The translations under genes and the position numbers were made by a program. The notes beneath the pieces are model-generated. The model was not told the origin of the DNA. It saw only the letters and a list, made by a program, of their open reading frames with translations, and ran no database searches. A DNA stretch of 32,000 bases, from contig PEZQ01000007.1 in NCBI GenBank assembly GCA_002763265.1, positions 1 through 32,000 on the forward strand, in the 5' to 3' direction. Below, piece after piece: positions 1 through 8,132 of the stretch. This stretch comes from an archaeon CG10_big_fil_rev_8_21_14_0_10_43_11. GTDB lineage: Archaea > Nanobdellota > Nanobdellia > PEZQ01. Position 1 is the first letter of the stretch; each line of letters begins with the position of its first letter.

Positions 1-248
1 AAACCGTGCTTCACGAACTCGCACTAGACGCGTGCGCCACACCCCAGCCTGGACTCTTTACCTACATTAATAACAGCATTCGCGCACTCGTCACAAACCA
101 CTACATTTTTCAGGCAAACAATGAAGTATTATTTGATAAAGACGCTCAGGTGAATCTCACCCATGCACGACCTGCACGCGTAAACTTTAATACTCCTTGC
201 AATACAAATCTTAGCATTACGTTTGGTGCCTACTATGAATACCATTGA
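1..248 (+). CDS. 3' end of an uncharacterised protein (5' part lies outside the window)
   Basis: The frame is open from the window edge to TGA at 246-248. Only about 81 C-terminal residues are visible and no motif is recognisable. Confidence 0.4.
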   Translation, partial: TVLHELALDACATPQPGLFTYINNSIRALVTNHYIFQANNEVLFDKDAQVNLTHARPARVNFNTPCNTNLSITFGAYYEYH

Positions 249-351
249 AGAAGAACTCCTCAAAGACATGAATAAAACGCTTCAGGAACTGATTGTACGC
301 GTTGAGGAATTAGAAGAACGCGTACGCGCCATTGAAACAAGAAAAAAGTAA
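235..351 (+). CDS. Possible 38-aa coiled-coil micro-protein (below the ORF-track length cut-off)
   Basis: ATG at 235, TAA at 349-351. Product is MNTIEEELLKDMNKTLQELIVRVEELEERVRAIETRKK, which is heptad-like. It overlaps the upstream stop by 14 nt. Too short to verify from sequence alone. Confidence 0.25.
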   Translation: MNTIEEELLKDMNKTLQELIVRVEELEERVRAIETRKK

Positions 352-361
352 AAACCCCGCG

Positions 362-1858
362 TTAGCTAATAACAATTGTTTCAGGAAGCATTTTGTATGT
401 GGTTATTGCGCGCTCAAGCTTGTGCTCAACGCCTGCATAAATGGTGAGAATGGTTTCTCCTTTTTTGACTCTGTCTTCTACATGCTTGTGCAGGTACGCA
501 CCTGCTTCGCGGTCGCGCGGCGCTCCTGCAGCCCGGCATACCGAAGAGAGTGCTTTACTGCTAATTGAACTGACCGTTCCTGCACGAGCGGCTTTGACTG
601 CTATTGAGAATTCTCCGACACGGATATCTTTTGGCTTGATTTCGGGGTTTCCTCCCTGGGCTTTGATGATTTCTTTGAATTTTTTGTATGCTTTTTTTGA
701 ATCAAGTAATTGTTTTGCAAGCACCTCACCTTTTCCTTTTGGCGCTTTGCCACCCATTTCAAGAATGCGGCCTGCAAGCCGCACAGATTTATCGCGCAAA
801 TCTGTTGGACCATCGTTTCCCATTAAGACCTTAAGCACGTCAATTGCTTCAAGCGCAGGACCAATGCCATTGCCTATTGGTTGTGAACCATCGGTAATAA
901 TCACTGAAACGTGCATGTTAAGCGCTTTTCCAAGCAACTCAAACTGGCGTGCTAAATGTTTTGCAAGACCTGAATACTGCACTTTTGAGCCCTCACCAAA
1001 CGGAATGTCAATAAGCACCACATTTGAACCTGCCGCCTTCTTTTTTGCCATGATACTTGAAAGAAGCAACGCCTCAGGGTCAAGCTTCATGGGGTGTCTG
1101 ATGCGAATTAATTCATCATCTGCTGATGCAATTTTAAGCGCCCCACCCCACGCAATACACGCGCCAACTTTTTTCACGATTTTTTTAAGCTCATGTGAAG
1201 GAAGCGACACGGGCGCAAACACTTCCATAGTATCAGCAGTTCCCGCAGGCGAAGAGATTGCGCGCGATGAGAGTTTTGGAATAGTAAGGCCGCCTGCAGC
1301 AACAATTGACACAACAAGGGGTGTTGTGCGGTTTCCTGCAACACCGCCAACTGAGTGTTTGTCAACAACGATTTTTTTGCCAAATGAAAGCTTATCGCCA
1401 AAGCTCACCATTGCTTTTGTGAGGTTTGCAATCTCGCCTACCGTCATGCCCCGCGTATAGATTGCTGAAACAAAGGTGGCAAGCTCAACTGAAGAAAGCG
1501 TGTTGTCAACTGCATTTTTGATAATGTCAAAAATTTCTTCTTTTACGAGTTCCTCACCATCCAGTTTCTTCTTTATTGCATCAAGCGCAAGCGGTTTTGC
1601 AATGGGTTCAATACTTACTTCTTCATTATTTCGAATGCTCAACTCGTCCCATACTTCTCTAAAAAATCCAATCTGGTCATAACTTACCTGAAATTCAGTA
1701 ACATTAACAAGCACAATCATAGACTGCGCACCCAGGGTGACGCGAATCCGGTCAAGAGAGTGGATATCATAATCCTCAGCAAAGTTCTTGTTAATGGTTG
1801 CAACCATAGTGCCGCCCGCTTCAAAATCAAGTGTTCGCGCTCTAAGAATAGGAATCAT
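362..1858 (-). CDS. deoA: AMP phosphorylase (archaeal thymidine-phosphorylase-family enzyme with N-terminal extension domain)
   Basis: 498 aa. An N-terminal domain of about 85 aa precedes a glycosyltransferase-family-3 core with DKHSVGGVAGNRTT, SSRAISSPAGTADTMEV and KLDPEALLLSSIMAKK. Size and architecture match the archaeal AMPpase type rather than the roughly 430-aa bacterial TP. Confidence 0.85.
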   Translation of the reverse strand: MIPILRARTLDFEAGGTMVATINKNFAEDYDIHSLDRIRVTLGAQSMIVLVNVTEFQVSYDQIGFFREVWDELSIRNNEEVSIEPIAKPLALDAIKKKLDGEELVKEEIFDIIKNAVDNTLSSVELATFVSAIYTRGMTVGEIANLTKAMVSFGDKLSFGKKIVVDKHSVGGVAGNRTTPLVVSIVAAGGLTIPKLSSRAISSPAGTADTMEVFAPVSLPSHELKKIVKKVGACIAWGGALKIASADDELIRIRHPMKLDPEALLLSSIMAKKKAAGSNVVLIDIPFGEGSKVQYSGLAKHLARQFELLGKALNMHVSVIITDGSQPIGNGIGPALEAIDVLKVLMGNDGPTDLRDKSVRLAGRILEMGGKAPKGKGEVLAKQLLDSKKAYKKFKEIIKAQGGNPEIKPKDIRVGEFSIAVKAARAGTVSSISSKALSSVCRAAGAPRDREAGAYLHKHVEDRVKKGETILTIYAGVEHKLERAITTYKMLPETIVIS

Positions 1859-1899
1859 AGCTACTACACTAATAGTGAATAGAACTATTTAATGATTGT

Positions 1900-2469
1900 T
1901 CAATCAAAACCTAAAATTAGGGTTGCATCACCCTCTTTAAGGCGCATGCGTGATGCGAGAAACGCGTGGGCTGCAGGCCCGGGAGATGATGAAACAGCAG
2001 GCACATTAGCAAAGGGAAGTGCAGGCAATACAACTTCATCATAATCTTGTTTTGTTGAGGGCTGTTTGTGTTTGAAAAACACCGTCAGTGGAAGTGACGG
2101 TTTTGGAAACGTGCTGTCATGGCTGAGCGCAATGCTTGTTGGTTTTTGAAGGCAATTGAGAACGCCCACGTTTGACGCGTCTTCAAAAAGCGTGAGCGCG
2201 TAGAGCTCTTGTTTTTCTTTTTTCAAAAGAACGCGCGCATGTGCAAGACCCTGCGTTTTGTTGAGCACCTCAAGGGCGGGTGGTGTGCGTGATTCAACGA
2301 GTTGTGTATTAAGCAGGTTTGAAGAAATAATAAAATTTTCAAGCACGCTTTTTGTGGTCTTGTCTGCTACGGGATTTTTCACACAGCCATCACACTGCCA
2401 GTGCTCGCCGTCAAAATGTCCAAGGCGCGTATTAAAGCAGGGGTATATCGTGCATGTTTGAGAACGCAT
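1900..2469 (-). CDS. Hypothetical protein with N-terminal Cys cluster (CTIYPC...HWQCDGC, Zn-ribbon-like)
   Basis: 189-aa ORF with an ATG start and the same orientation as its neighbours. No family motif recognised. Confidence 0.5.
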   Translation of the reverse strand: MRSQTCTIYPCFNTRLGHFDGEHWQCDGCVKNPVADKTTKSVLENFIISSNLLNTQLVESRTPPALEVLNKTQGLAHARVLLKKEKQELYALTLFEDASNVGVLNCLQKPTSIALSHDSTFPKPSLPLTVFFKHKQPSTKQDYDEVVLPALPFANVPAVSSSPGPAAHAFLASRMRLKEGDATLILGFD

Positions 2470-2508
2470 ACCTAGTCTGTAGAAAAAACACGTATTAAGT
2501 TTTTCTGC

Positions 2509-2790
2509 TCAGTCAAGGTCAATTGCGCGTCGCACGTCTTCAACTTCGCAGGTTTCAACGCCGTCAATGCTTTTGAGTTCATCAGCAAAATCATCAACTT
2601 TGTTTCCGATTTGCTCGTCAAACACAGCGTAGAGAATAAGTGATTTCAAGCCGAACGCGAGCGGTTGTTGTTCAACCCCCTCAACGCGACCATGTTTTGC
2701 AAGCTGTTCAACTGCTTGCTTTTCAATTGCCGTCAAGTCATCATCAACGCTTGAAGGCATGATTTTAAAGGTAACAATTACTTCTGCCAT
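2509..2790 (-). CDS. Translation elongation factor aEF-1 beta
   Basis: 93 aa. MAEVIVTFKIMPSSVDDDL...LAFGLKSLILYAVFDE...VEDVRR matches the archaeal EF-1beta size and pattern. It sits directly downstream of the conserved Zn-ribbon partner gene. Confidence 0.9.
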   Translation of the reverse strand: MAEVIVTFKIMPSSVDDDLTAIEKQAVEQLAKHGRVEGVEQQPLAFGLKSLILYAVFDEQIGNKVDDFADELKSIDGVETCEVEDVRRAIDLD

Positions 2791-2805
2791 GGGTAACTCA
2801 ACTCA

Positions 2806-2973
2806 TCAGGGTCCGCTAAATCCGCAGGATGCGCACGTGTACTTAACTGCATTACTTCTGCACTTCCCGCAGCGCTTGATAACGTGAGCTAAACACTTTG
2901 GGCATTTAAATTGCACGGAGTCCCCGCTTACAAGCAAGTCCCTGCTGCAATTATCGCATACGTTCTTTTCCAT
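2806..2973 (-). CDS. Small Zn-ribbon protein (COG2888/DUF1610-type, the usual upstream partner of aEF-1beta)
   Basis: Absent from the ORF track because it is under 60 aa. Product is MEKNVCDNCSRDLLVSGDSVQFKCPKCLAHVIKRCGKCRSNAVKYTCASCGFSGP, with four CxxC pairs. A TATA-like CTTTTTAAAG (reverse complement of about 3000-3009) lies about 30 nt upstream. Confidence 0.75.
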   Translation of the reverse strand: MEKNVCDNCSRDLLVSGDSVQFKCPKCLAHVIKRCGKCRSNAVKYTCASCGFSGP

Positions 2974-3013
2974 GATACAGCGACTAAAACGAGCACTGCT
3001 TTAAAAAGCTTAC

Positions 3014-3148
3014 TCAAAAATCAGTAAGGTAGTTGTCAAGCGCGTCTTGGGCTGCGCGTAGTGTATAGTCCGCCTCGCGCACGAGCTTCTCACCATACAT
3101 AATAAAATCATACACGTCTTTTCGCAGCTCTATTGATGGTGCGCACAT
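3014..3148 (-). CDS. Possible 44-aa helical micro-protein
   Basis: ATG at 3148..3146, stop at 3016..3014. Product is MCAPSIELRKDVYDFIMYGEKLVREADYTLRAAQDALDNYLTDF. It fills an otherwise empty 166-nt gap. No promoter or RBS support. Confidence 0.2.
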   Translation of the reverse strand: MCAPSIELRKDVYDFIMYGEKLVREADYTLRAAQDALDNYLTDF

Positions 3149-3179
3149 TTAAAAACATTTATCATACCAATACTACCAT

Positions 3180-3524
3180 ATGAAACAGGCAATTGTGTTG
3201 CGAAAAGATGTGGGCATGCAGGCAGGAAAACTCGTTGCGCAAGGCGCGCATGCATCAGTTGACGCAGCAGAAAAAGCGCGCAAAAAAAGTCCTGACACGT
3301 ACGAGCAATGGACGCGTGAGGGTATGAAAAAAATAGTTCTTAAAGTTATGAGTAAAGAAGAAATTGTTGAGCTTTTTGAGCGTGCCAAAAAAAAGACAAT
3401 CGCAAGCCTCATAAAAGACGCGGGAAAAACCCAAGTTGAGCCCGGAACCATCACGGCAATCGCGATTGGACCCGACCATGATGCGGTTATTGACCTGCTT
3501 GTACGCGACTTGAAATTACTCTAA
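3180..3524 (+). CDS. pth2: Peptidyl-tRNA hydrolase, archaeal type (Pth2)
   Basis: 114 aa with MKQAIVLRKDVGMQAGKLVAQGAHAS...KIVLKV...DAGKTQVEPGTITAIAIGP, the typical Pth2 pattern. An A/T-rich TATA-like block at 3148-3166 sits just upstream, giving a leaderless-type arrangement. Confidence 0.9.
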   Translation: MKQAIVLRKDVGMQAGKLVAQGAHASVDAAEKARKKSPDTYEQWTREGMKKIVLKVMSKEEIVELFERAKKKTIASLIKDAGKTQVEPGTITAIAIGPDHDAVIDLLVRDLKLL

Positions 3525-4055
3525 TGCGTCAATAAACCGAAGAAATGAGAATCGAACCATATTTCTTCTTGTTTCAAGTTCTTTAATAAATGCGTCCTCT
3601 TTTACGTGGGTGAGAAAAAAACGTGGCGCTTCTTTGTGCGCTTTTGCCAACCATGCTAATTCTTCATTTGTCGTGCTTATAAGCGGGCGCGCAATACCAC
3701 GGGACGCGAGAAAAAGGTTGTATTTTGATTTAGTAAACATAGCGTGCAAAAACGCGTTTGACGCATTAGTAAGCGTGCACGATTCTATGCGCGGAACTTT
3801 TTTTGTGTGCGACACAACACGAATATCAAATACGGGTTTTGGAAAGTAGGTTTTAAAAAAACGCACCAGAAAGCGAGCAGGCGTTGAGCCATTATCAACC
3901 AGATAATACGTGGTGTTTGGAACAATCATGCGGTATTTTCGAATCACGCGTTTTACGCGTTTGAACAAGCTTTGCTCAAAACATGACGCGCACGCGCGCG
4001 TATTATTATATGTTACCTGAATGCGCGCGGGTCTCTTACACGAACTGCAAGTCAT
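3516..4055 (-). CDS. Truncated, degenerate TtuA/NcsA (PP-loop tRNA thiolase)-like protein lacking the SGGxDS motif
   Basis: 179 aa. The N-terminal CxxC...CxxCF Zn finger followed by KRVKRVIRKYRM mirrors the TtuA/NcsA N-terminus. Where AVSGGKDS is expected, the sequence reads LVDNGSTPA. The Fe-S cysteines and the C-terminal Zn finger are absent. Confidence 0.45.
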   Translation of the reverse strand: MTCSSCKRPARIQVTYNNTRACASCFEQSLFKRVKRVIRKYRMIVPNTTYYLVDNGSTPARFLVRFFKTYFPKPVFDIRVVSHTKKVPRIESCTLTNASNAFLHAMFTKSKYNLFLASRGIARPLISTTNEELAWLAKAHKEAPRFFLTHVKEDAFIKELETRRNMVRFSFLRFIDALE

Positions 4056-4085
4056 CTGTTACAGGTCTATAGCGCGCAACGCTTT

Positions 4086-5147
4086 TTATGTGTTGCCAAG
4101 CGCGCTTGAAAGAATTGAATTGCACAACTGCTGTTGTTCTTCACTTGAAAGCGTGTTGTATTCTGCGCTTGTAACGCTTGTTGCCTGCACCACAAGGTCA
4201 TGACAATCCTGGTCAGTCATGTTAAGACCGCCAAGGGGCAACCCCCCGCCAAGCAATCCTGAAAGCCCGCCTGCAAGACCCTGACCAAGCGCGTCTCCGA
4301 CAAGCTGACCAAACACGTCACCTAAATCTGCTGACGCATTTTGAGGGCCTGCATATTCTAAGGAAAGCAATTCGCCAATGCGCGTTGATGACTGGGGACT
4401 TGCAAGACTGTTAATGCCTACAAAGAGCATAATAAGCGCGATAACGCCAAAAATCGCAAGCTTGTGGTCATAAAAATAACTGGTAACCGCAAGCACCACG
4501 TTTTGCGGTGAATCTCTTGCGTGATGAAACAAAACAACATGCCCGGTTTGCTCGTCAAGGGTTAGTATAAAGGTTCGCCACTTGCACGCAACGCGCACAA
4601 CCCATGTTTCTGCTTCTTTTTTTGCATCCTGCACGTGAACGTCTTCAAATCCTTTTTCATGCATGAACTCCTGGCAAAGACGCGTTGCTTCTGCTTGCGT
4701 CACGCGCTCAGACAAAATGCCTTTTGCCATGCTCGCATCTGCAAGACGCAGTACCAGAGCGCGCAGGCGTTGCACAATCACTTCAAGTGCTTCAAATTCT
4801 TTTCGTGAAACCTGCTTTGATTTCAAGCCAAATGTGAGCAGTTCTGCAACGATGTAAAACCCGATAAACGCGATAAACGCGCCGATAAAGTCACCAATAT
4901 CAAAGGGAAGGCTGCTAAAATACTGCGCACCAATGATAACGCCCGCCCAATAAATTGCAACACCGCTAATGATACGAATTACAAGCGTGAGCGCTGAGGG
5001 CAGTTTTGCTTCAAACTTTGCTGAAAACTTGCCGCCAAGCCACCAGATAATAAAAAGCGCGGTAAGCTTGTTTAACCAAAAAAATATCTCGCCAAAACCA
5101 AGCGCGTCTGAAATAGTTGAAATAATATCAGCCATACCCATACCCAC
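4086..5147 (-). CDS. Polytopic membrane protein with a central soluble (PepSY-like?) domain and a Gly/Leu-rich tail
   Basis: 353 aa. Several hydrophobic segments occur at the N-terminus and in the middle. The soluble stretch is QAEATRLCQEFMHEKGFEDVHVQDAKKEAETWVVRV...LDEQTGHVV. ATGs at 5147, 5141 and 5135 are all possible starts. Confidence 0.55.
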   Translation of the reverse strand: MGMGMADIISTISDALGFGEIFFWLNKLTALFIIWWLGGKFSAKFEAKLPSALTLVIRIISGVAIYWAGVIIGAQYFSSLPFDIGDFIGAFIAFIGFYIVAELLTFGLKSKQVSRKEFEALEVIVQRLRALVLRLADASMAKGILSERVTQAEATRLCQEFMHEKGFEDVHVQDAKKEAETWVVRVACKWRTFILTLDEQTGHVVLFHHARDSPQNVVLAVTSYFYDHKLAIFGVIALIMLFVGINSLASPQSSTRIGELLSLEYAGPQNASADLGDVFGQLVGDALGQGLAGGLSGLLGGGLPLGGLNMTDQDCHDLVVQATSVTSAEYNTLSSEEQQQLCNSILSSALGNT

Positions 5148-5221
5148 AAGGGCACGCGGGGCTTAATTATGTTTCGAAGAAATAGATTTATCAAATATGC
5201 GCACACGAACATACATAGGCT

Positions 5222-6223
5222 ATGAAACGTATTGACGGCTCAAAATTTGAAGGCGGAGGTTCCCTGCTTCGCCTTGCAACCAGCATTAGCGCAGCAATTG
5301 GCAAGCCAATTGAAGTGTACCATATACGAAAAAACAGAACCCCTTCAGGACTCAAAATGCAACATTTGCACGCGCTCAAAGCACTCAGCACATTTTGCAA
5401 TGGCACGCTCAAAGGAGCAACTATTGGTTCTGAGCGCATACGCTTCTACCCGGGAAGAACGTTTGAAAAGAACATCAGCGTCAGGATTCCTACTGCAGGA
5501 GCAACAACGCTTGTACTACAAAATTTGGTTCCAACAGCTGTGCTCGCGCACAAACCCGTTCAAATCAATGTATATGGAGGAACGCATGTGGCATGGAGCC
5601 CGCCTGCAGAATACTTTGAGCACGTGTTTTGTGATTTCATGAAAAACATAGGGTGCGACCTGCAGTTTAGACTGCACGAATACGGTTTTTATCCAAAAGG
5701 CGGCGGGCACGTGAGTCTTGCCATTACCAAAACAAACCTGCAACCCTTCTTGTTTGTTGAAACCGGCGCGCTTAAAGGCATTGACGCCCACAGCATTGCA
5801 ACAACCCACCTCAAACAAGCGGACGTTGCAAAGCGACAACTCGAAGCATTTAAAAAAGAGTTCACAGACCAAACCATCACGGGCACAGCACAGTACGTGC
5901 AAAGCATGAGTGCAGGAAGCAACATTCATGCGCACGCGTACTACGAGCACGCAAAAATCGGGGTTGAAGTGCTTGGCAAAAAAGGCGTGCGCGCAGAACA
6001 GGTTGGAAAACAGTGCGCGCAAAAATTGCACGCTGAACTTGCAAGCAAAGCGCCGGTTGACGAGCACATGGCAGACCAGCTCATACCCTTCATGACACCA
6101 GGCTCGCGGTTTAGAACGTCACGAATCAGTTTGCATACTAAGACAAACCTGTGGGTATGCGAACAATTATTAAATTATCAGTACGTTGTCAAAGGTACAG
6201 AGATAGTATGCAAAAAGCAATAG
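5222..6223 (+). CDS. rtcA: RNA 3'-terminal phosphate cyclase
   Basis: 333 aa with IDGSKFEGGGSLLRLATSIS..., RKNRTPSGLKMQHL, and the His-containing VDEHMADQLIPFM motif characteristic of RtcA. Confidence 0.9.
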   Translation: MKRIDGSKFEGGGSLLRLATSISAAIGKPIEVYHIRKNRTPSGLKMQHLHALKALSTFCNGTLKGATIGSERIRFYPGRTFEKNISVRIPTAGATTLVLQNLVPTAVLAHKPVQINVYGGTHVAWSPPAEYFEHVFCDFMKNIGCDLQFRLHEYGFYPKGGGHVSLAITKTNLQPFLFVETGALKGIDAHSIATTHLKQADVAKRQLEAFKKEFTDQTITGTAQYVQSMSAGSNIHAHAYYEHAKIGVEVLGKKGVRAEQVGKQCAQKLHAELASKAPVDEHMADQLIPFMTPGSRFRTSRISLHTKTNLWVCEQLLNYQYVVKGTEIVCKKQ

Positions 6224-7245
6224 AATGGGTAAAAAAAGCAAAAGAAGTAGGTATTATCTATGATTTTGATGTTGACGGCATCACCTCGTGCGCACTGCTC
6301 ATCAAGCTCTTAGAAGAGCGCGGTGTTGTGGTCAGAAAGTTTGCTGCAAGCCCGCGACCATCGTTTGAGCGCAACCCCGCTTTTGAACTTGTTAAATACT
6401 ATCCAGACATTGCAATTCTTGACATTTCACTTACAAAAGAAGATGTTGAACGCTTCAAAGACTTGCACGTGCTCAATATTGACCATCATGAAAGCGGGCT
6501 CCAGCGAAGCACAAAAAACGTGCGCATCTGGAAACATAAAGGAGCCTACACACCAACAGCAAAAATGGTATTTGAACTGGCAAAGAAAATGAGCAAAACG
6601 TTTGACGCGCATGACTGGATAAGCGCGGTCGGCGTGATAAGTGATTTTGGGGGTCCATGGCACACGAAATTTGTTGAGGACGTGCACAAAAAATACAATC
6701 TTGACAAGGGTGGTGACAACAAATTCTTTGACTCAAAACTAGGCGAAATCGCAAAAGTGCTTAATGCAGTTCGCACTGCAGGAGACATTACGCGTGCAAG
6801 CGTTGCTGTCAAAGCCGTGCTTGAGTGTGACGGGCCACACGATTTTTTTGAAGCGCGAAACCCAAAAATAAAACTCATCTACCGCTTGTACACAAAAATT
6901 CAAGAACGCATTGAAAGCGAGCTTGAACGATTCAAAAACAAAGCCCAGCGTTCACAAAACAGGATTTTGTTCATGCTCAAAGACCAGCACTACAATATTC
7001 GCTCAACGCTCTCAACCATGCTCTCAGCACGCCTTGAAAGCAAGACAATTGCCGTTGCAGAAATCAGAAACACCGGCTACATTCATATTAGTTTGCGCTC
7101 GCGAAGCGAAAACATTCTTGATATTATTGACGCAGTAAAAAAACAAATGGACGCAACCGGCGGCGGACACAAGAGTGCTGCTGCACTTACCATCAAAGAA
7201 GAAGATTTGGGCGCGTTTAAAGAAATCTATCTCAAACGAAGATGA
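6208..7245 (+). CDS. DHH/DHHA1 phosphoesterase (NrnA/RecJ-like nanoRNase or pAp phosphatase type)
   Basis: Motifs DFDVDGITS, NIDHHES and C-terminal GGGHKSAAA (DHHA1). The ATG at 6208 overlaps the rtcA stop by 16 nt. The track start at 6151 adds implausible residues that overlap rtcA. Confidence 0.8.
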   Translation: MQKAIEWVKKAKEVGIIYDFDVDGITSCALLIKLLEERGVVVRKFAASPRPSFERNPAFELVKYYPDIAILDISLTKEDVERFKDLHVLNIDHHESGLQRSTKNVRIWKHKGAYTPTAKMVFELAKKMSKTFDAHDWISAVGVISDFGGPWHTKFVEDVHKKYNLDKGGDNKFFDSKLGEIAKVLNAVRTAGDITRASVAVKAVLECDGPHDFFEARNPKIKLIYRLYTKIQERIESELERFKNKAQRSQNRILFMLKDQHYNIRSTLSTMLSARLESKTIAVAEIRNTGYIHISLRSRSENILDIIDAVKKQMDATGGGHKSAAALTIKEEDLGAFKEIYLKRR

Positions 7246-7279
7246 CCCCCTGCCGCTGCGTGTTCACGGCGCAGTGGTC

Positions 7280-7295
7280 AATAAACGTTTATTAA
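7280..7295 (+). promoter_or_regulatory. Perfect 14-nt palindrome AATAAACGTTTATT containing a TATA-like TTTATTAA, upstream of rnhB
   Basis: Read directly from the sequence. It lies about 44 nt upstream of the ATG at 7337, and a GAGGGG Shine-Dalgarno-like element at 7322-7327 lies between them. Confidence 0.35.
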
Positions 7296-7336
7296 GCGCT
7301 AATGCTTTGCTCTTCTTCTTAGAGGGGAATAAGAGA

Positions 7337-7993
7337 ATGTTAATTGCAGGCATTGAAGAAGCAGGCAGAGGACCGGTTATTGGACCGCTTGTAGTGTGCG
7401 GCGTTCTTGTTGAACAAGACCGGCTCAAAGAATTAATGAGTATTGGCGTTAAAGATTCTAAAATGCTCTCACCAGAACGCCGTGAAGAACTGTTTCCAAA
7501 AATCAAAGCAATTGCAAAAAAAGTACACTGCATCAAAATAACCGCTAAAGAAATTGACGGACGCGAAGAGCGCGGACTCAACCTTAATGACTTAGAAGCA
7601 ATCAACATGGCAAAAATTGCGGATATTCTCAAAGCAGACCGCGTGATTATTGACGCGCCAAGCACGAATATTCCTGCAATAACAAAACAAATCAGGGACT
7701 TGATGAAACACGACTGCGAACTTATTTTAGAACACAAAGCAGATGTAAAATATCCGGTTGTTTCTGCTGCGAGCATCATTGCAAAAGTCACGCGCGATCA
7801 GGAAGTAGTAAAGATTGAAGACGTATTGAAACTTAAAATTGGTTCAGGCTATCCAAGCGACCCTATCACGCAAAAATTTCTTGACACGTATTGGAGCCAG
7901 CTCTCAGAGATTCCTTTTATCCGCAACTCGTGGGACACAATAAAACGGCTCAAAGCAAAAAAAGGCCAAATGAATATCAGCAAATATTTCTAA
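7337..7993 (+). CDS. rnhB: Ribonuclease HII
   Basis: MLIAGIEEAGRGPVIGPLVV, DSKMLSPERREEL, EHKADVKYPVVSAASIIAK, GSGYPSD. The start is set at ATG 7337; the 7175 extension overlaps the DHH gene and carries no RNase H signal. Confidence 0.9.
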   Translation: MLIAGIEEAGRGPVIGPLVVCGVLVEQDRLKELMSIGVKDSKMLSPERREELFPKIKAIAKKVHCIKITAKEIDGREERGLNLNDLEAINMAKIADILKADRVIIDAPSTNIPAITKQIRDLMKHDCELILEHKADVKYPVVSAASIIAKVTRDQEVVKIEDVLKLKIGSGYPSDPITQKFLDTYWSQLSEIPFIRNSWDTIKRLKAKKGQMNISKYF

Positions 7994-8080
7994 AAATCAG
8001 AATCGCCTGAACAAGAGAAACCCGGTCACTCATAGCAAACAAACAGTGCACAGAGTACATTAAAATGTGTTGGTATGAGA

Positions 8081-8132
8081 AGTGATAGCGAGGCGTGCCA
8101 CGCCGCGGAAGTTGTGACACGCCCCTATCACT
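8081..8132. repeat. Imperfect inverted repeat forming a long hairpin in the convergent rnhB/herA spacer
   Basis: AGTGATAG(CGA)GGCGTG at 8081-8097 pairs with CACGCC(C)CTATCACT at 8118-8132, giving 8+6 bp with a small bulge. CAC/GTG adds 3 more bp. A third GTGATAG copy, reversed, lies at 8214-8220. Confidence 0.6.

Noticed and set aside
235-351. Programmed frameshift joining the 1-248 ORF to the downstream 247-351 frame
   Set aside because: I saw no slippery heptamer or stimulatory structure at the junction. An in-frame ATG at 235 gives a simple overlapping micro-ORF, and either reading is unsupported without homologs.
441-1460. 339-aa ORF on the plus strand, antisense to the AMP phosphorylase gene
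   Set aside because: It lies entirely inside a confidently identified gene on the other strand. The product is Ser/Pro/Ala/Arg-rich low-information sequence with no motif. It is a typical shadow ORF arising from the codon usage of the sense gene.
7175-7336. N-terminal extension of RNase HII as given in the ORF track
   Set aside because: The extension overlaps the DHH gene 3' end and carries no RNase H similarity. The conserved N-terminus MLIAGIEEAGRG begins at ATG 7337, behind a GAGGGG SD and a TATA-like palindrome.
7264-7791. 175-aa minus-strand ORF antisense to rnhB. Similar shadow ORFs: 5516-6067, 6546-6878, 12823-13341, 14552-14983, 16486-16887, 19890-20288, 22877-23308, 31453-31860.
   Set aside because: All are embedded antisense or out of frame within genes that have strong family motifs. 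Their translations are compositionally odd and lack motifs, starts with RBS, or promoters.
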